Source: Alphaproteobacteria bacterium
GTDB taxonomy: Bacteria > Pseudomonadota > Alphaproteobacteria > UBA828
Direction: 5' to 3'
DNA: 64,000 nucleotides
Assembly: GCA_965237415.1 (NCBI GenBank)
Contig: CBDEFM010000002.1
Span: 896,001-960,000 of the forward strand
Shown: piece after piece, positions 60,398 to 64,000 of the stretch
Layout of the letters: every line of letters starts with the position of its first letter
How positions within the stretch are numbered: the stretch's first letter is position 1
Notes under the pieces: model-generated
The model's input: the letters and a program-made list of their open reading frames with translations, nothing else
The model's database searches: none
What the model was told of the DNA's origin: nothing
Position numbers and translations under genes: made by a program

Positions 60398-60893
60398 TCC
60401 CCGCCGGGTCGCGGGGCAGCCCGAAATTCCCACCAGGGTCACGGCCTGCATCGCGCGGGACTCGCGCGGCGCGCAGGATGCGTCGAGGCGTTCCGATCGA
60501 GAGCGGCGCTAAGCGCAAATCTCTAATTTTCCTTTCTATATAAGGCGTTATGCGAAATTGGCTTCGTTTTGTAATTTTCGTTCTGCCGCGCAGGCCACGG
60601 CTCCGATGAAAAGTCCGGGTTAGCGGCAAGGGCCCGTTCTCCCTGCCTCCGCCTGCGGCTGTCTGCTCAGTCTTGCGCTGCATGGCGCGATGCTGGCGCA
60701 GGCAGCGCTCGCCGTGCATCGCATCATGGTCCGGGGACCCTGGGGCAGCCTCTTCCCTTCAGTAACATTGCGGGAGGCCGCAAAGCAATCCGCCGTTCTT
60801 GCAGCGCTTTCGCGGCAGGCGGTGGGCGCCGCGACCGACAATGTGTGAATGCATTTCCGTGCGAAGCGGCAACGCTCTGAAGACGGCCGCTCC

Positions 60894-62294
60894 CTACTCC
60901 GCGGCGTCGAGGCGGCGCTCCTGCTGCATCCAGCGCGGCTTGCTGGTCGCGTGCTCGCGGACGAAGCTCTGGGTCGGCATCCGCGAATCCTCCCAGTAGA
61001 GCATGGGCTTTTCCCAGTTGTAGCGTGCGGGCTCGGGGATCGGCGCCTCGGTATCGACCACTGCGCCGTCCTTCATCACGACATCGAGCCGGCTCCTGTC
61101 CTGAAGCACGGCGATGTCGGCGATTGGGTCGCCGTTCACCACCAGGAGGTCGGCGAGCTTGCCTTCCTCCAGCGTGCCGATCTCGTCCTCCATGCCCAGC
61201 GTCAGCGCTGCGTTGGCGGTGCCCGCGCGGATCGCCTCCATGGCGCTCAATCCGCCGTAGGTCATCAGGTGCTCCATCTCGCGCGCGTGCCATTCGCCGT
61301 AGGGGACCGAGCCCTGGCCGCTGTCGGTGCCGGCGATGATGGTGATCCCCTCGCCATGGGCGCGGGCGACGACGGCGGCGAGATGTTCGACCTCATCCTT
61401 GTAGGCGTCGAGGACGAAGTCGGAGCAGCCGAGATCGGGGCCCCAATCCAGCGTGTTCACCAGCAGCGAGAAGGTCGGAATCACGGGGGTCGGATTGCGG
61501 AAGAGCACGCCCAGGTCTTCGTCTGACATGTAGGAGCCGTGGATGATCCAGTCGAAGCCGGCACGGATGGCATCGGCCGCCGCCCGGCCCGAGCGGGCAT
61601 GGATGGTGCAGACCTTGCCGAGGCGGTGGGTAACCTCGGCGATAGCGCGCAGATCGTCGAGGCCGATGCTGCCGGCAAGCTCCGCCTCGCCGGTGAGCAC
61701 GTCGCCATCGCCCGCGACCTTCACGATGTCGACGCCGTCCTTGATCTCGCGGCGCGCCTCCGTGACCATCTCGTCCCGCGTGTTGCAGAGTACGGCAAAC
61801 GACGATTTTGGGTGCTCCATCCACGACGGCCAGGGCGAGCCGATCGCGTTGTAGGTGGTGATGTAGCGCCCGGCCGAGGCCATGCGCGGCCCCTCGATCA
61901 GGCCGGCGTTGACGGCGTCGCGAACGGCGACCGAAATGTTCCAGGTGGAGCCGGGGTCGGAGAACGCCGTGACACCGGCGCGCAGCACCTTGCGCGCGTT
62001 GTTGGCGGCGCGCAGCGTCCGGTACTCCACGCCCGCGTAGAGGTCGAGCTCCTCGAACGACAAGATGTCGCCGTAGGAGATATGGCAGTGGCCGTCGATC
62101 ATGCCCGGCATGACCGTGCGGCCGGCGGCGTCGATGGTCCGGTAGCCGCCTAAGGTCTCCGCTGCCGCCACGACTTCCCGGTCGGGGCCGATCTTGCGGA
62201 TGCGGTTGCCCTCCACCAACACCGAGACGCCGTCCTGCAGCGCCGCGCCGGTCCCGTCGAGCAGCCGCCCGCCGGTGATCAGATATCCGCCCAT
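60894..62294 (-). CDS. Metal-dependent amidohydrolase
   Basis: MPGMIDGHCH, IHA, IIHG, AGTDSG, GKLADL. Confidence 0.9.
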   Translation of the reverse strand: MGGYLITGGRLLDGTGAALQDGVSVLVEGNRIRKIGPDREVVAAAETLGGYRTIDAAGRTVMPGMIDGHCHISYGDILSFEELDLYAGVEYRTLRAANNARKVLRAGVTAFSDPGSTWNISVAVRDAVNAGLIEGPRMASAGRYITTYNAIGSPWPSWMEHPKSSFAVLCNTRDEMVTEARREIKDGVDIVKVAGDGDVLTGEAELAGSIGLDDLRAIAEVTHRLGKVCTIHARSGRAAADAIRAGFDWIIHGSYMSDEDLGVLFRNPTPVIPTFSLLVNTLDWGPDLGCSDFVLDAYKDEVEHLAAVVARAHGEGITIIAGTDSGQGSVPYGEWHAREMEHLMTYGGLSAMEAIRAGTANAALTLGMEDEIGTLEEGKLADLLVVNGDPIADIAVLQDRSRLDVVMKDGAVVDTEAPIPEPARYNWEKPMLYWEDSRMPTQSFVREHATSKPRWMQQERRLDAAE

Positions 62295-62440
62295 GTGTCA
62301 GACCTCCCTGCTCTCCCGCGCTCGTCCGACCCGCGCCTAACGGGGCCAGCCGGCGCGCCGGGGCGGGTTTGGATTCGCCCCTCGCCCTCTGTACGATCGG
62401 CGGCATCTCGTGGCAACCGAATAGCCGGGGAGACAAGGGC

Positions 62441-63436
62441 ATGAGCAGAGTCGGCGTCGCGTTCTCGGCAGGGCTGAACGCATCCGAGATCGTCGAGTGC
62501 GCGCAGCTCGCCGAGTCGCTCGGCTACGATTCGGTGTGGATGGCGGAGGGACACGGCGGCGATCAATTCGCGGTGCTCTCTGCGGTCGCGGCACAGACCG
62601 AAAGGGTCAAGCTCGGCACCTGCATTTCGAGCGTCTTCGTGCGCTCGGCGCCGACCATTGCGATCGCCGCAGCGGTGGTCGATCAGCTCTCGGGCGGCCG
62701 CTTCATTCTGGGCCTCGGTTCCAGCCACAAGGTCCAGGTCGAGCCGGAGCACGGCCTGCCCTATAGCAAGCCGGTGACGCGGGTGCGGGAAACCGCCGAG
62801 GTGGTCCGGCAGTTGTTGCGGGATGGCCGCGTTTCCTATCGGGGCGAAACCGTCACGATCGAGAACTACGAGCTGTGGTTCCAGCCATTCCGCCCCAGTC
62901 TGCCCATCTATTTCGCTGCCGTCTTCCCCAAAATGATCGGGGTCTGCGGGGAGGAGGCTGACGGCGTGATCCTGACCCGCAGCACACTCGATGTGGGAGC
63001 GGACGCGCGCCAGCACATCGCCGCCGGAGCCGAGAGAGCGGGGCGCGACCCAGGCGCGGTCGACGTGACCTCCCTCCTCCCAACCGCGGCGGCCGACGAT
63101 CCGGCGGATGCATTCGACGCGCTGAGACCGGGCGTCGCCATGTATACGGGCTTCTTCCCCCGCTATAACCGGATGGCGGTGGACCAGGGTTTCGGCGAAG
63201 AAGCGGCGGCGATTGCCGAGGCCTGGACGCGCGGCGACCGTGAGGCCGCGACCCGGGCGGTAAGCGACGCGCATATCGACTCGGTCTGTATCGTCGGCAC
63301 GCCCGAGCGCTGCCGGGAGCGGATCGCGGCCTATCGCGCCACTGGCATCGACCTGCCGATGATTGCGCCGATGGCTGCCGGACCCAACGCCAAGGAGATG
63401 GTCCAAACCACGATCAGGGCCTGCGCCCCGCGCTAA
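62441..63436 (+). CDS. LLM-class flavin-dependent oxidoreductase
   Basis: AESLGYDSVWMAE, LSGGRFILGLG, ADGVIL. Confidence 0.9.
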   Translation: MSRVGVAFSAGLNASEIVECAQLAESLGYDSVWMAEGHGGDQFAVLSAVAAQTERVKLGTCISSVFVRSAPTIAIAAAVVDQLSGGRFILGLGSSHKVQVEPEHGLPYSKPVTRVRETAEVVRQLLRDGRVSYRGETVTIENYELWFQPFRPSLPIYFAAVFPKMIGVCGEEADGVILTRSTLDVGADARQHIAAGAERAGRDPGAVDVTSLLPTAAADDPADAFDALRPGVAMYTGFFPRYNRMAVDQGFGEEAAAIAEAWTRGDREAATRAVSDAHIDSVCIVGTPERCRERIAAYRATGIDLPMIAPMAAGPNAKEMVQTTIRACAPR

Positions 63437-63454
63437 GCGGAGGCGGGCCGGCCG

Positions 63455-64000
63455 TTACCAGCCGGCAAAGGCAGCCACGTCTTCGTCGGACACCTGGCCC
63501 GCCGCCACGTCCTCCAGCGCCTGGTCGAGGATGGCGAGCCCCTCGTCGATCTCCTCCTCGGAGATGATCAGCGGCGGGGTGAACTCGAGGACGTTAGACT
63601 CCATCCCGACGTAATAGAAGATCAGCCCGAGCTGGTGAGCGCGGAAAGCGACCTTCGCCGTCTCTGAGCTTGCGGGCTCCTTGCTCACTGGGTCGCGGAC
63701 GAGCTCGACGCCTAAGGTCAGGCCGCGCCCGCGCACATGCCCGATCAGCGCGTGGCGCTGGGCGAGCCGGGCCAGCCCCGCCTGCATGTGCTCGCCCATC
63801 AGGGCGGCCCTGACCATCAAGTCATCTTCCTCTATGGTGCGCAGCACGGCGCGGCCGGCGGCTGCGCACACCGGGTTGCCGGCCGCCGTCATGATGGCAA
63901 AAGCAGGCTGAAGGTTCATGAGCTCCGCCGGACCGACCACAGCCGAGATCGGCAGCCCGCCGCCCAGCCCCTTGCCGTAGACGACGATGTCGGGGCTGAG
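63455..64000 (-). CDS. Class III aminotransferase (3' part; runs off window end)
   Basis: PDIVVYGKGLGGGLP, GNPV, VRGRGL, FTPPL. Confidence 0.9.
   Translation of the reverse strand, partial: LSPDIVVYGKGLGGGLPISAVVGPAELMNLQPAFAIMTAAGNPVCAAAGRAVLRTIEEDDLMVRAALMGEHMQAGLARLAQRHALIGHVRGRGLTLGVELVRDPVSKEPASSETAKVAFRAHQLGLIFYYVGMESNVLEFTPPLIISEEEIDEGLAILDQALEDVAAGQVSDEDVAAFAGW

Noticed and set aside
60400-60890. AT-rich patch at ~60515-60580 as a dif site or ncRNA
   Set aside because: No match to the XerC/XerD consensus and no convincing structure by eye.

Overview
High-GC alphaproteobacterial chromosome segment, judged from aroA, a TIGR02300/FYDLN gene next to tRNA-Ala(GGC), mmcB and purB. It may be host-associated (inference from a surface-protein fragment, a secreted sphingomyelinase-like enzyme, heavy IS load and many pseudogenes). 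Positions ~934-36372 form a 35.4-kb island between aroA and the TIGR02300 gene. The island is bounded by directly repeated IS1202-like (ISNCY) elements and a 16-bp flanking direct repeat (24 bp of total identity). It carries IS256, IS21, IS66, IS1595, IS110 and ISNCY elements or remnants, metC, an AvrD-like small protein, and an intact cluster of a Pot-like ABC transporter, a solo divergent chaperonin (no GroES, Asn at the D398-equivalent site), hydantoinase A/B, an M20 hydrolase, a racemase and a second binding protein. Two non-autonomous MITE families occur: a 133-bp CTAG-flanked element (5 copies) and a 184-bp element with 8-bp TSDs (2 copies). Five of the seven copies sit in the termini or start of other IS elements. 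The right half holds housekeeping genes, a decaying amide-catabolism region (DMFase, amidase, dpp operon with a DppB::DppF deletion fusion), HigBA, hisN and several hydrolases and oxidoreductases. All assignments come from reading the sequence and ORF track; no database searches were run.
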